Positions 24,966 to 38,394 of a stretch of DNA of 64,000 nt are shown one piece after another. The notes under the pieces are model-generated. The model made no database searches. It saw only the letters and a program-made list of their open reading frames with translations, and was not told the DNA's origin. This stretch comes from Camelus ferus (taxonomy: Eukaryota): NCBI RefSeq assembly GCF_009834535.1, contig NC_045698.1, positions 11,534,001 through 11,598,000 on the forward strand, read 5' to 3'. Position 1 is the stretch's first letter. Each line of letters opens with the position of its first letter. Made by a program: the position numbers and the translations under genes.

Positions 24966-25763
24966 TAGAAATTTTTATAAATTTCAGAGTCAATAAAATA
25001 ATTTTAAAAATCACAAAACTACATACCTTGGAGTAAATGCATTAAAAAGCATCATGGGGCACTTTTTATTCTAGGATCTAAGATATTAAATTGGACAGGT
25101 TCCAGACAGCAAGGGATGCTTGTGGTAGGTGTATTTCTAATTTTCTGGCAATGACATCACAAAGCACAACCATGTTCTCTCATACAATGCAAGGGTGTCT
25201 GTGGCCAAGAGTGAGCAGAGGCCACCATGGATTGTTCTCTTGAGTACTCTGATGCAACAGGGAGCCAAGATGGCGGCTTTATATCCACTCCCTCGACTTG
25301 AATTGCATGCTCCATCTTCCTATGAACACACCCCAGAGAGATGAGTAGAGTGGACGCCATTTCTATAGTGTCCAGGAGGCCAAGAATTCAGAGGTATGAC
25401 TGTTACTAACAGGTAGTAAAATTTCAGATGAAAGCTAAAAGTCTTAGTCACATGTCATCTGTCAGCTCCCTGGGGCTACTGCCTCATGGTTCCTGCAAAT
25501 ACAGGGTTGAGTCACAACAGAGTGTGGAAAAGAGAAGGGGTCTAGAATGAGGCCTATTAATCCTGAGGTGTGTACCTTCTATGATCCTACTCTCTACCCC
25601 TATCTTTTCTGTGTGGGATCATGATAGCAATTAAGGATATAAAGTAGAGGAGGATCTCTGCACTATATAAGTCACTGTGCCTCACTGTCATGCCTGTCTT
25701 CCCAAAGCCCCTTCTGACTGGCTCATCCAGGAATGTTTACATCCTCCTTCACCTCTTCCTCCC

Positions 25764-26230
25764 TGTGGTAGCTTTGTGATGTGTCAACTTGTCTAGGCTG
25801 AAATACAGTCTCCGGAATTCCCTTTTTAGAGTGTTTGTGGCTCTGATGAGTTTGAGGAATATCTCTCATAAGAGTTGGAAGATGGAAGAAAGGTGACAGT
25901 CATTTTATAGCATACACACATCATCCCCCAACTGTATGCTATGGTGTTTAACCAAACACTGTTCTAGATGCTGCTATGAAGGGATTTTCTACATGTAATT
26001 ATATCCTCAATCAGTTGACCTCAAGTTAATCAAAAGGGAGATGTTCCTGGGTGGGTCTGACTTAATCAGTTGGAAGTCTTTCCTGAGCCCAGGGGCTCCA
26101 AACAGCAGCAGAGTCTGCAACTTTCCCCCTTCACCTGGATCTTATCTCCTAACTGCCTGTCTGTGAACAATAAGCTTCAGCTCATGCCCGTAGGGCTCCT
26201 TCCTGCTTGTGATCTTCCCTCCTTGACAGT
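25764..26230 (+). mobile_element. ERVL MLT2-type LTR
   Basis: tgtggtagctttgtgatgtgtcaacttgtctaggctg...tctagatgctgctatgaagggatttt...aatcagttgacc...cctgggtgggtctgacttaatcagttg. Confidence 0.7.
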
Positions 26231-26231
26231 T

Positions 26232-27060
26232 CTACAGTAATAGTTGGAAACTTCAACATCCCACTTGCAATAATAAATAGAACAATCAAAAGTAAGGAAA
26301 TAGAGGGCTTGAACAATACAATAAAACAACTAGATCTAACAGAAGTATACAGAACACTCTACAACAGAGTACACTTTTTTCCTCAAGTGTACATGGGACA
26401 TTTTCCAAGAAATTGGAACTTTTTGATAGGAATGTAATATGCTAGAGCCACTGTGGAAAACAGTATGGCCATTCCCCAAAAAATTAAAATAGAATTACCA
26501 AGTGATCCAATAATTCCACTTCTGGGCATATATTCAAGGAATTGAAAGCAAGATCTCAAAGAGATGTTTGTACACCCATGTTCATAGCAGCATTATTCAC
26601 AATAGCTAAAACATGGAAGTAACCCATGAGATCATCAATGAATGAATGGATAAGTAAGTAAAATGTGGTATATACATACAATACAATATTATTTCCAACA
26701 TAAAGCAGACTATTATTCTGACATATGCTACAACATAGATGAACCTTGAAGATATTATGCTAATTGAAATAGGTCAGTTACTAAGAGACAAGTACTATAT
26801 GATTCCATGAATATGAGATAATTAGAGTAGCCAAATTCATGAGAAGAAAGTAGAATAGTAGTTGCCAGGGTCTGGGGAGTTATTTTATAAATGGGTATAG
26901 AGTTTTATTTTTCAAGATAAAAAAGAATTTTGAAGATGGATAATGCTAATGGTTTCACAATGTGAATGTATTTAATACCATTGAATTGTACACTTTAAAA
27001 TGGTAAGATGATAAATTGTATGTTATGATACCATGATAATAAAATTGATCAAAAAAACTT
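26232..27060 (+). mobile_element. old L1 (L1MB/L1MA-like) ORF2 fragment plus 3' UTR
   Basis: Endonuclease-region fragment (ataatagttggaaacttcaacatcccac), then gaattaccaagtgatccaataattccacttctggg...atgaaccttgaagatattatgc...gaattgtacactttaaaatgg. Confidence 0.8.
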
Positions 27061-27122
27061 TATGAACCAATAGTCAATTTCACTATCAAAAAGTGTCTTT
27101 CCTTCAAAATATAATCCTAACT

Positions 27123-28807
27123 TTGGATTGGAAGAATTAATATTGTTAAAATGGCTATACTACCCAAAGCAATCTACAGATTTAATGTGATCCTCATCAA
27201 ACTACCTACAACATTTTTCACAGAACTAGAACAAATAATCCTAACATTTATATGCAACCCAAAAGACCCAGAATTGTCAGAGTAATCCTTAGGAAAAAGA
27301 ACAAAGCTGGAGGCATAACACTCCCAGACTTCAGACAATACTACAAAGCTATAGTAATCAAAATAGCATGGTATTGGCACAAAAACAGACATATGAATCA
27401 ATAAAGCAGAATACAGAGCCCAGAAATAAACCCACACACTTATAGACAATTAATCGTCAACAAAGAAGGCAAGAATATACAATGGAGAAAAGACAGACTC
27501 TTCAGCAAGTGGTGCTGGGAAAGCTGGACATGTAAATCAATGAAGTTAGAACAGTGCCTCACACCATACACAAAAATAAACTCAAAATGGCTTAAAGACT
27601 TAAACATAAGACAAGACACTATGAATCTCCTAGAAGAAAAACAAGCAGAACTTTCTCTGACATAAATCTTAGCATTGTTCTCCTAGGGCAGTCTACTAAA
27701 GCAATAGAAATAAAAGCAAAAATAAACAAGTAGGACTTGATCAAACTTACAGTTTTTGCACAGCAAAAGAAACCATAAACAAAATGAAGAGATAACCTAC
27801 AAACTGGGAGAATGTATTTGCAGACAGTGAGACCTACAAGACTTTAATTTCTGAAATATACAAACAAACAAACAAACAACTTAATTAAAAAATGGGCAGA
27901 AAATCTAAATAAACATTTCTCCAAAGAATACATACAGCTAGCCAACAGGCACATGAAAAGATGCTCAATGTTGCTAATTATTAGAGAAATGCAAATCAAA
28001 ACTACAATGAAGTATACCTCACACCAGTTAGAATGGCCATCATCAAAAAGTCTACAAATGATAAATACTGGAGCGGGTGTGGAGAAAAGGAACCTTCCTA
28101 CACTGTTGCCGGGAATGTAAACTGGTGTAGCTACTATGGAAAACAGTATGGAGGTTCCTTAAAAAACTAAAAATAGACTTACCATATGATTCAGCAATCC
28201 CACTCTTGGGCATATATTTGAAAAAGACAAAAACTCTAATTCAAAAAGATACATGCACCCCAATGTTCATAGTAGCACAGTTTACAATAGCCCAGACATA
28301 GAAACAACCTAAATATCCATCGACAGATGAATGGATTAAAGAAGTTGTGATATATATTACTCAGCCATAAAAAAGAATGAAATAATGCCATTTGCAGCAA
28401 TATAGATGGACTTTGAGATTTATTATACTGAGTGAAGTAAGTCAGACAGAGAAAGAAATATATCATATGATAATCACTTACATGTGGAATCTAAAAAACA
28501 TGATACAAATGTTTTTACAAACCAGAAACAGACTATATGAATACATAGAAAACAAACTTACAGTTACCAAAGGAGAAAGGAGGGGAGAGATAAATTAAAA
28601 GTTTGGAATTAACAGATACAAAATACTATATATAAAATAGATTAACAACAAAGCCCTACTGTATAGGACAGGAAGCTATATTCAATATCTTGTAATAAAC
28701 TATAGTGGAAAAGAATCTGAAAACAAATATATATATGTATATATAACTGAATCACTTTTCTGTACACCAGAAATTAACACAACATTGTAAATCAACTATA
28801 CTACAAT
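27123..28807 (+). mobile_element. 5'-truncated cetartiodactyl L1 (decayed ORF2 C-terminus plus 3' UTR)
   Basis: tggattggaagaattaatattgttaaaatggctatactacccaaagcaatctacagatttaatg encodes [21 protein letters not shown], a hallmark of L1 ORF2. The frame is disrupted downstream; the 3' UTR ends tgtaaatcaactatactacaat. Confidence 0.92.
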
Positions 28808-28808
28808 T

Positions 28809-28887
<79 letters not shown>
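28809..28887 (+). repeat. compound (TA)n(TG)n(TA)n microsatellite at the L1 tail
   Basis: Directly visible. Confidence 0.95.
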
Positions 28888-29849
28888 TCCTATCTCTTTT
28901 ATTTTCTGGACCAAGGTACCTAGTAGCTGAAATCATGAGGACATATCTACCACATTACAATATAATTTGCTTCATCAGAAACTTTTCTACAAAGTCATCA
29001 TGGGAAACATGAGCTTCTAGAACTGAATGTATCAGTTTATCCCTTCAGAGTGTTTAATAGTTAAAAGTTTTCTGAGTCATTCATCTATGCCTTTACATGA
29101 CTGATTTCTAAACCACTACAGAGACCTACTTATATTCTCCCCACCAAGCATCCTTCTGACTTGTGTATAATAAGATATTAAAAGATGTCAGTGAACATAC
29201 TAATTTTCTAAAATCTCAAATACATAAACAGGCTTTAAAAGACCATATGCTCGTCTTCTTTAGTTTCTAAACCACGATGTATGCACTGGGCATGATTTAC
29301 TCCAAAGCTTGTGCTAAATGAAATCCAAGGTGGTTCCACAAGTGATGAATTTATGATGGAAAAACAATTTCACTCATTTGTTTTCTTATCCTAGGTTTTT
29401 TCTCCCCAAAAATATATGGGGGTGGGGTGAGTATAAAAAAGAAAAGAAACAGGAGGCATACTTGCAAAGTTTACAAAGCAAAAAAGAAATATTATGGTTC
29501 TATGAATGAAGAATGTTTTTAACAGTGTTTCAGATTTGGCAGGACATCTGGTGTGGCTGCTACAGAGGGCTTTAGAAGCAAATAGATAAATTCTGCTATC
29601 AGTTCCCTCACTCTGCTACCATATGGAAATCTTTTTCTTTTTTCCTTTATTCTATCCATTATTGATTGAGAGAGACCAAATCAAATTAAAAATTGCTCTA
29701 TGAACTGTTTCCTACCCAATGTTTTGGATTGCCTGACATTGTCGCCTGTTTTTCGTACATAGACTCAGTTCCTGACTTCAGCTTCCTTAAATAGGTTTCC
29801 ATGCATTGGCTTAAATATTCTATAGAAATCAGAGTTTTAAAGAAAAGTA

Positions 29850-31050
29850 AGGATCTGGAAGACTCAACATTGTTAAGATGTCAATTCACTCCAAATTGAT
29901 CTATGCAAACCACATGAAAATCCCAGCAGGTAGTTTTGAAGATAATGAAAATTCTGATTCTAAAACTTCCATGTAAAAGAAAAGGAGCTAGAGTAGGCAA
30001 AGCAAATTTGAAAATGAACAAAGTGGGAGCCCTCACACTATACAATTTCAAGACTTAAATATTAAGCCACACTAATCAAAACAGCATGGTATTGGTAAAA
30101 GCAAGGACCACTGCTGGAGTCTAGAATCAATGACATCCCAGTAATAACGAACTCTCCTAGAGCCCAGATCTTTGCTTCTAAATGCCATTTTTCAGTAATG
30201 AAAACCAGAACTCCTTGTAGAAGTAGTTGATTTCAAGGGTGAGGTGGGGAAAATATAAGATGAACTTGGAGCATCTTGTTATCCAGAAGTAAGGATGTGC
30301 TCAAAAAAGGACTGGAGCATGCCAAAAGGTTACAGGAGCCAATCTAAAAGAGCTCCTAATGTCTAAAGCTGGAACAAGTTGAGCAACAAAACAAATTATA
30401 ATAGATCAGATTATAACAAACAGAATACAATAAGTATCCATGAGTCTGTAATAATATAAATAAATAATTGAATAAATAAATAAGTGAGAGAGGACAGCTC
30501 TTCCAATTAATACAGAAGAGGTGACGAGAATAGGAATGCACCACAGTTAAAACTGTAGTAGGCAAGATCTACCAGTGACTGCTAGTTAGTGGACAAAACT
30601 TTGGGAGAAACGCAGTATTTGCCTAGTCTCAAATTATCTCCCCCAAGATCTTTATTAGTTAGAAAAGGAGAAATAGGAAGACCTGGCAGATAACACCTGA
30701 GTCAAGGGATCAAGGTCGTCATCACCAGTAAGAGGACACACTGACATCATGCATCTTTGATGCGACGCATTTAGAAGGGCTTATCTCCTCTGTCGTGCGC
30801 CTGCGCGAAATTCACAAATTTAATCTATTTATGAAAAAAACATTAGAGCAATCCAAATTGTTGGACATTCTGCAAGACACCTGTCTAATATGCTTCACAA
30901 ATGTCAAGGTCTTGGAAGACAGAGAGGAGCTCTCACAGATTCAGACAACATGGATACATGAGAAGCAAATGCAGTGTGGAATCCTGGATTGAGTTTGGGC
31001 CAGAAAGGACCACTACGGGAGACTGATGAAACCCAATTAAGTCTGTAGTT
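29850..31050 (+). mobile_element. old L1 (L1MC-like) ORF2 fragment and 3' UTR
   Basis: ggaagactcaacattgttaagatgtcaatt...caaaacagcatggtattgg, then L1MC-type 3' UTR (cccagatctttgcttctaaatgcc; aaatgcagtgtggaatcctggattgag). Confidence 0.75.
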
Positions 31051-32559
31051 TTTTTTTTTTTTAAAGAAAGATTCCAGGTGCTGGCTTTTTAATAAAATTC
31101 CCCTAGTCACCATAACGCAATCTTCAAAAATAGCCCCCATGGTAGTTTACCATGATTATTCACTACATTTAAGAATAAAGAATAAATAAGGATGTGTCAA
31201 TGGATGCTAGTAAATTAATGCTTCAGAAAGTGCTGCTGATACACACTCAGCCCAGAGAGACAGCATCATGTACCCAACACACGTCCTCACTTCATAATCT
31301 GTTGATCTCCTCTGTCTGTTCTCACTGGTCTCTGCATCTGTTGTACTCTCTCTCCTTTTCCCATCTGTCTCTCTTTTTCCCTCTTCCTCCACCCTTCACC
31401 CAGCCTTCTGGATTATGTTAATACACAGTATAGAACTGAAGTATGTTTTTAAGTAACTGATATTATCGAGTTTTATAGCTTCTCCACTTAAGCTTGTAAA
31501 AAGTTTCTCTCTTTGAAAAAAAAAAAAAAAAGCTAAAGCTGTATTAAGGTGATTGTTCCTCCAGGTACCACTCACAGTGATATAGCATGTGTGAGCTTAT
31601 TGGCTCCTGAAAGAAAATGTTCTCCTATCTCTGGCAAAAAGCTTAGAAGTCCATTCCGAATGCTGCTGTGAGATGCTTTTTTTTTTTTTATGAGATACTT
31701 TGAAATAGACAAAAAAAGCACACAAAGATTTTATTCTTTAACATTATAAATCAAACCAGTTTCACCTTCTTATCCCTAATCGTGCTGCAAATGAACACAG
31801 CATATAAAAGACCAGCTAAAATATCATAAGTAATTTCAAAATGGGATGGTTATTCTTTTTCTAGAAAAGCCTAATTTTTACTTGCAAAAGAGAGTTAATC
31901 AAATTCTATTACATTTGCTTTTCTATCATCACTACGTTTTTTAGAAAAACAAATTACACTGAGTGTTGAGATGGTACAATGAGGTAGATGCGAGGCACTC
32001 TGCGTTAGCTATCCCATCATTTATACCAAAATTAATTTCAAGTGAAGCTCAGGCACTTTCAGAATCTGGCTGTCATCCTAAATGCCTTCACCGGGGGATG
32101 CAAAAATGTTGCTCCTTTTTTTTTTTTTTTCAATTTGCTGCTGATTTCCTAAGTTGAATTACCTCCAATTTAGTTCTGAAAGAGTTTGATCAAAAAAGAT
32201 CCCAAAGATCAAGGAGGATATGAATGTATGTTCTGCAAGTGAAATCAAATATAGTATTCCTCAAATATATTAGTACTAGGTTTGCTAAATCCATTCTTTC
32301 TTCACTCTCCAATCCTGCCTACATCTGGCCCTGGACTGCATTAAATGCCAAATACAGGAAAAGAGAATGAACTCCAGGTGTGTGTGTATAAGAATGGGTG
32401 TGCTGGATGTTTGGGTTGGGGGAGTAGGGCGTGGACTGCAGGGGTATATTTCTATATTTAGAATAGCCTGCTGATTGAAATTTCCCAGCTATGTGCACAG
32501 CTCCCAACCATATTTTCACTGTGAGAGAACGAAAATAACTAGACATTTGGGGAAACCTG

Positions 32560-33665
32560 AACATGAAAGAGAAGGGTCAAGATGCAAAATTCTGACCCAT
32601 AGATGATTCAAGTAACTAAAGGACACATTTTAAATCTTTCCATTAGTCCCTTGGAGAAATACAAAAAGATTTTTGCATTCATAAAACAAGAATAGAGAAG
32701 CTTCAACAAATTAAAATCATGATGGCTCCAATTTTTAAATATTCAATAAGAGGGTTGTGAAGCACATTTAAGGGAATCTATTATCCACTGCAAGAACAAA
32801 AAGATATAGAGACCATGATTAAGGGAGATACAATGAGGGACATAGAGATTAAATCCGAAGTCTCTAGCAAACACTAATCGTTGCCTTCTCAGCATCCATT
32901 CTCCATTTCTTTCTCATTAATACTTAGTTTAAAGGGGACCTCGATGGCTTCTCCCTTTCCGTTCGCTCTTCTGTCCATTTTCCTACTGGACCACCGGAAG
33001 GACACCTGCAGAGGGAGTGGCCACCTTGGGATGCTGAAGGTGAATGCTAAAGATGATGACTCAGTAAAAGAGAATAAAACAAATAACCCTGCAACTTTAT
33101 GGCATGTGGAGTTAGCACACCACACCTAGACTTCTTACTCTGGATTTCTTATTATATCAAAATTCAAAGCTGTATTTTGTTGAATGAAACATTTTGGCAG
33201 TTTTCTGTTTATCTGGAAACAAAAATGATGTCATGTAATAGAATTCAATGGCATTAAGATAGTCTTATGCATTTATTCATTAATAACATACCATTATTCA
33301 TGTGTAACATTCAGATAATATCTGAAATAATGCTGTCTGATACAAAATCCAACAAATGACTCAGAAAAAGAAATGAGTGAAGAGGATAGGAGAGGGGAAG
33401 GAAGGGAGATGGGGAGGGAGAAGAAAACAGAGGTGAGAGAGTTTTAAAGAAAATATTTTTTTTAATTCCAAAAGATGAAGGGATACAAGTGTCTTATATT
33501 TGGGAAGGTCTCCCAGGTGCTGGAAAAATTAATAACAAATGTCCACATTTTGTACAACAAGGATAAAAGGATTATCTCAAAAGTTCCTTGAAAGAAAAAA
33601 TAATATACACAGATACAAAAATAAAATGGAGGGAAAAATAAAATGAAGTATCTCAGAAACAAATC
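32560..33665 (+). mobile_element. HAL1/old L1 ORF1-like remnant interrupted by an MLT1-like LTR (about 32880-33240)
   Basis: Degenerate A-rich ORF1-like motifs flank an MLT1-like segment (cagcatccattctcc...ctctggatttctt...ttttctgttt). Confidence 0.4.
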
Positions 33666-35429
33666 TTGTCCCTGTGATACAGCCAGACTTTCTCAGGCTG
33701 ATGTCCAGCACTGGCAAAAGCTGAGATATCTCCTCTGAGCCATCTATGACCACGGATTATACCTTCCTTGTCAAAAGAGAATTATCAATTTGATTAAAGC
33801 CAACTCCCTCCACCACCTTGTGGAACTTCAACCTGCGTGGGACACAGCAAGTAAAAATTACCAATTTACTAAACTTAAGGAACTGTGTTATTTATATTAA
33901 TGAAAAGCTTATGAATATTTTTTTCAAAATGTGGACAGTACTGGTTTGGTTTAGGAGGAATGATCAGCCATGCTGTTGGTCTTTGTTTCCAAGTCTTAGA
34001 CCCCTATGACAAACCTGTAGCTGGAACTTGAAAATGAAGTGACTTTCTGATACCTGTTCCCAAGAATGAGAGCGAGCAAGAGATGGGTACTCTTGGGAGT
34101 GTCATCTTTCCAGTCGTACTATGAGAAAAGTTGGCTTCTTAAGAAATTTCAGTTTCCTTAGGGAAGACATAGCTTCTTAAACCGTGAATGGATTCAGAAG
34201 GCAAAATCCACTGAGGATACAGAGGGGAGAAAAGTGCCCTGAGTCTTCAGTACAAAAGAAAAAGGGAGAGAAACAAAGGTGCAGGAAGAGATGGTACTAG
34301 ATTACCTATCGATGATGAGGAACCCAGAAGTGAACAATGAAGCTCAGACTCATCTCCTGATTTCTTATGGCTCAGAACCAACTGCATGAAATGGACTAAA
34401 ACCATCATCAAGTAAAGGAGGACAGTGAGGGAAGGAGGACTTCCAAGTGGAAACTCCGAAAGGAGACTTACGGGGTTTGTATAATGACCCTGGATGTTTA
34501 TACAGTGCCCTACATTGTGCAAATATACAACCTGTTCTTGAGATCTTGTGCATCCTCATCCAGCACCAAGTCCTAGGAATGTGGCAAGGGATTCAATTTC
34601 TCAGAAACTCCATCTGTGAAACGGGGTACTGTTGGTACCACCAGACATTTTCATAAGGATATCATGAAGGTAAAATTAAGAAATTTGCAAAAAATACTTA
34701 GCACACACACTCGGTTGGTGAATGCTAGTTGTTTTTTGTGTATTTACAAATGTTTATATTCTTATCATACATTTTTCTTCAGAATACCCCAGTAGTATCA
34801 TTACTTCCTTAATTTAGGTCACTACACTGATGATCAAAAAGGTTAACTTGACCTAAGACACACAACTTCCAAAGAGAACTCAATGTGGATCTCCTGATTG
34901 TGAGTTCAGTGTTTATTTGTCTTTTACTCTATTACCCCATGGCTATTTTCTGAATATAAAGAGTATGATTTTAAAGTTTTTTAAAATAATTGGATATAAA
35001 CAGTTGTCAGCTTTATCCAGCTGACAGTTTAAAAGGTTATTTTAATTATGCATATATTATTTTGTGTAATAAATAAAGGAGTAAAGTAGCATGGACATTG
35101 GATGAATGTTCATTTTTATCTTTAATCAGTGTATCAGCCGCTCCTCCCCCAAATTATTAGAGGATTTTTGTTTGTTTGTTTGTTTTGGTCTTAATGTTTC
35201 TTATTTAGATTTTATGTAGGGACATCTTAATACTATATTCATACAACACATTATATGTTCATATATGTATATACATTTATAAGTATATTATATATAAATA
35301 AAATTATATTATTTGCTCGTAATTTTTTCTTTCCTCCCTTACCTTACTATAGTTCCCCTTTATGAGAGGTTACTAACTCTGATTGATCTTGTAATTAGCT
35401 TTAGTTTAACGAACTCCTACAAGATGTGA

Positions 35430-35733
35430 TGTGAGCAGACAATATAAGTAAGTTTCCACGGTTTAGCCTACCTTCCCTACTTCTGTTATTACCAAGAGAA
35501 GAGTAGGCACTGGGTATTCACTGAGCCCAGAATGAGGTGTGTGGTATAGATCTGAATGTACCCACTGCCTAGAGCCAGGTCAAGTGAAACTGACTTAGCC
35601 CAGAAAGTTTCCAGCCAAGTCATTCATCTACATATTCATAATCAAGAAAAAACAAATGTTTGTTGTTGTAATCCACTGGGATTTTGTAGTTCTTTGTTAA
35701 GCGGTATTATTACTGTAATATCTGACTAATACA
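35430..35733 (+). mobile_element. MaLR MLT1-type LTR remnant
   Basis: 3' end ...gttgttgtaatccactgggattttgtagttctttgttaagc...tctgactaataca. Confidence 0.6.
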
Positions 35734-36832
35734 ACATGCCTGAAGAAAGACCTCAGTGATAATAACCTTTGGGTTGCAGAATTAGGAATGATTTTTATTA
35801 ATTTCTTTTTAGTCATTGAATGACTTTAACACTAGCGTGTTTTACTTTGCTTTGATTTTTTGAAACATTTCTTTAGCTAAAGAAATTACTTTCACATTTA
35901 TGTTACATATTTGTATTTATAAACACACTTGTCTTAAAATGGTTTTGATTAGGAACTTTTGATATTATATATTATTCAATATTTATTCGAACTTAATTTT
36001 AAAATTCAACTTGTTCCATACCTTAAAATGTCAGAAGTAAAATCATCTCCTGGCTCAGAGTGACTTAGATTATTTTTTTTAAAGCAAATTGTGGAATCAG
36101 TGAATTGTAGTCTACCTTCTTAGGGATACGTGAATTTCTTCAAAATGTCATGAGGCTGGCATAATTAGTTGCTCATGGAGAGCCAATTCTTAGAGCCATA
36201 GCCTTACAGAAAAGACAGTCTTAGTCTATTTCAATTTATCTAGAATCCAGAATGAACTCTAATTTATACAACAATTGGAACATCCCACATGGATACATCT
36301 GTTGAGCTGTGATAAATCACAGCGACCTTTGAGAACACTGGTGAAGCATTTGATGAAGAGGCTAAGGGGAGATAGTTCATCAAACAAGATAGTGTTAAGG
36401 AAATGTCCAGAATCCAAATTTATTCTTCACGGTGCCTCTAAGTTACCGTCCCAAAGTCCCTTGAGCAAGAAAGACAGAGGCTGATCACTTTGGCACAGGG
36501 GAAAATCCAGCGTTAGTGTCCACTCTGCCATTCAGCCTTTTTCTTTAGCCTCCTCTCTCCTGGGTGGCTTGGACCTAAGAGGGACATTTAGGCTGGCCCT
36601 AAAAAGTAGACTTATAAACACATAAAATTCACCTTTCTAGTACTACAATAATGTTTTCACATTGACCTCTCCTAAAAGAATTTAAGAACCACTATGTGGT
36701 AATTGTCTCAGGTAAAAAGGAGAAAAAAGACCATGAATCTTTTGAATAGTTTAAGTGTTAATGACAATTCCAATTTTTTTCTTATTATCATACCTTTTTA
36801 GTGCCTTCTTTTAGCACAAATAACATTGGTTT

Positions 36833-36951
36833 GAGGAGGGTATAGCTTGGTGGTAGAGTGCATGCCTCGCATGCTCAGGGTCCTGGGTTCAATCCCCAGC
36901 ACCTCCGCCAGAAAAATAAATACAGAAACTACCCTCCAAATTTTATTTTTG
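36833..36951 (+). mobile_element. camelid tRNA-derived SINE (Vic-1 type)
   Basis: gagggtatagcttggtggtagagtgcatgcctcgcatgctcagggtcctgggttcaatccccagcacctcc (Pol III A/B boxes), AT-rich tail, perfect 15-bp TSD aaataacattggttt at 36818-36832 and 36952-36966. Confidence 0.92.
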
Positions 36952-37911
36952 AAATAACATTGGTTTAAAATGATACACAGAAGACAGAATTCTCCAATGC
37001 TTCACTTCCTTTGCCTTCCCCTGGACTCAGTGTTCTCCCCTCCCAGGGCCGCTTAAAGCAGAGAATAGCGTGAATTACGGGAGGCATGGGGGAATGGCAG
37101 GAGTGCCTTGATGCTCATCAAGGGGTCTTTCCAGTGTTTTTCCTGAAATAGAAGCCGTTCCAACTGCAGACTGCCTCGTGAGTGTTTGGGGGCCCTGAGA
37201 CAGTGTACCTTTTCAATTAAGGAATCAAGGTGTGTATTCACCTCATCGATTTTAGGAAGACCACTGGCAATTACTAAAAGAAATACAGAGTGGAATTAGT
37301 TTCCTCACTGAAAGTGTTTCTTCTCTGGATATTATGCTAATACCTCTGATGTGCTTTTGTGGCTTTCTTTGCTTCCTTTATTTTTCTCTTTGCTGCTCAT
37401 CTTTCTCCATTTCTAGTTCAGTTTTTTCCTTTTGCCTTTTCCTGACTTTCTTAGACAAGTCTCAATACCAGGTTTCTCTTAAAAACCCACATATTATTAA
37501 AAGAGAAAAAAAGAAGGAAGGAAAGGATGAGGGAAGAAAGAGGGAAGAAAGGAAAATTTCCTATTATCTGCCCAAATTTACCTCAGTGTCTAAACACTCC
37601 TGTTGTCCTGAGTCCCAGCTGATTTGCATATTTGGATGTGTGAGGCTGAGACCTGCTCTGTGGAGAGAACAGAGTTGTAAGCTGCTCCTGAGGTCTCCCT
37701 TAGCAGTATTCCCCCTTATTATTGATGTGCATTAAATTGGTATGAGAGCTAAATATTTTAGTAACCTCAGTTACCTTTCTGTAAACTGTGCCTACTTTGC
37801 TGCTTATCCAGATGCTCCTGTGACCTCTTTGTGGAACTGGCAATTTATGAACAGAAGCAACTTGCTGTAGTTTGATGCCTTTGGAACCCAAAAGGCAGTC
37901 CTCGCAGGACA

Positions 37912-38105
37912 GATGTCCTGCTAAATATTTAACAACCAGCTCTCTGTTTAAAAAGCCCTAATCGCAGTGTTTGCCAATTTCTAAGGTATAAATATCCCCA
38001 CTATGGCCAATTTCAGGCTACTACCATCATCTCATGGAACTCAGCGTTGGGGAGAGAAGTACGTAGGGGCCACCCCCCAGCAGGTGTGAGGCAGCTCCAG
38101 CATCC
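37912..38105 (-). mobile_element. MER63-like hAT-Blackjack element
   Basis: aaatatttaacaaccagctctct...tttgccaatttc...aaatatccccactatggccaatttcaggctac...gctccagca. Confidence 0.65.
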
Positions 38106-38394
38106 TTCTTACTGGCTGGATTTACTAATCCCTCAAGCACTTGAGATGCCCTGGGTCAGTCATCCCAGGGTCCACTTTTAACACCCACTCTCTCAACATC
38201 CACCCAGTGCTGTCTACCCTGCCCCTATCTCTGCCTGCCTTGGCCTTCTACTTCCTAGGGAACACACTGAGGTGAAGGAGATGATCTGAAAACATCCCAT
38301 CAAATTCCTGCCTTGCACATACAATCTCGCATCACTGCAGCCACCCTCACAGTCTCTCTTCCATCCTCTGAAGAAGAGGCTGTTCTCCATTTCA

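Noticed and set aside
36833..36906. tRNA gene
   Set aside because: The tRNA-like A/B boxes are followed by an AT-rich tail and flanked by a 15-bp TSD, so this is a SINE. The same applies to 54960-55065.
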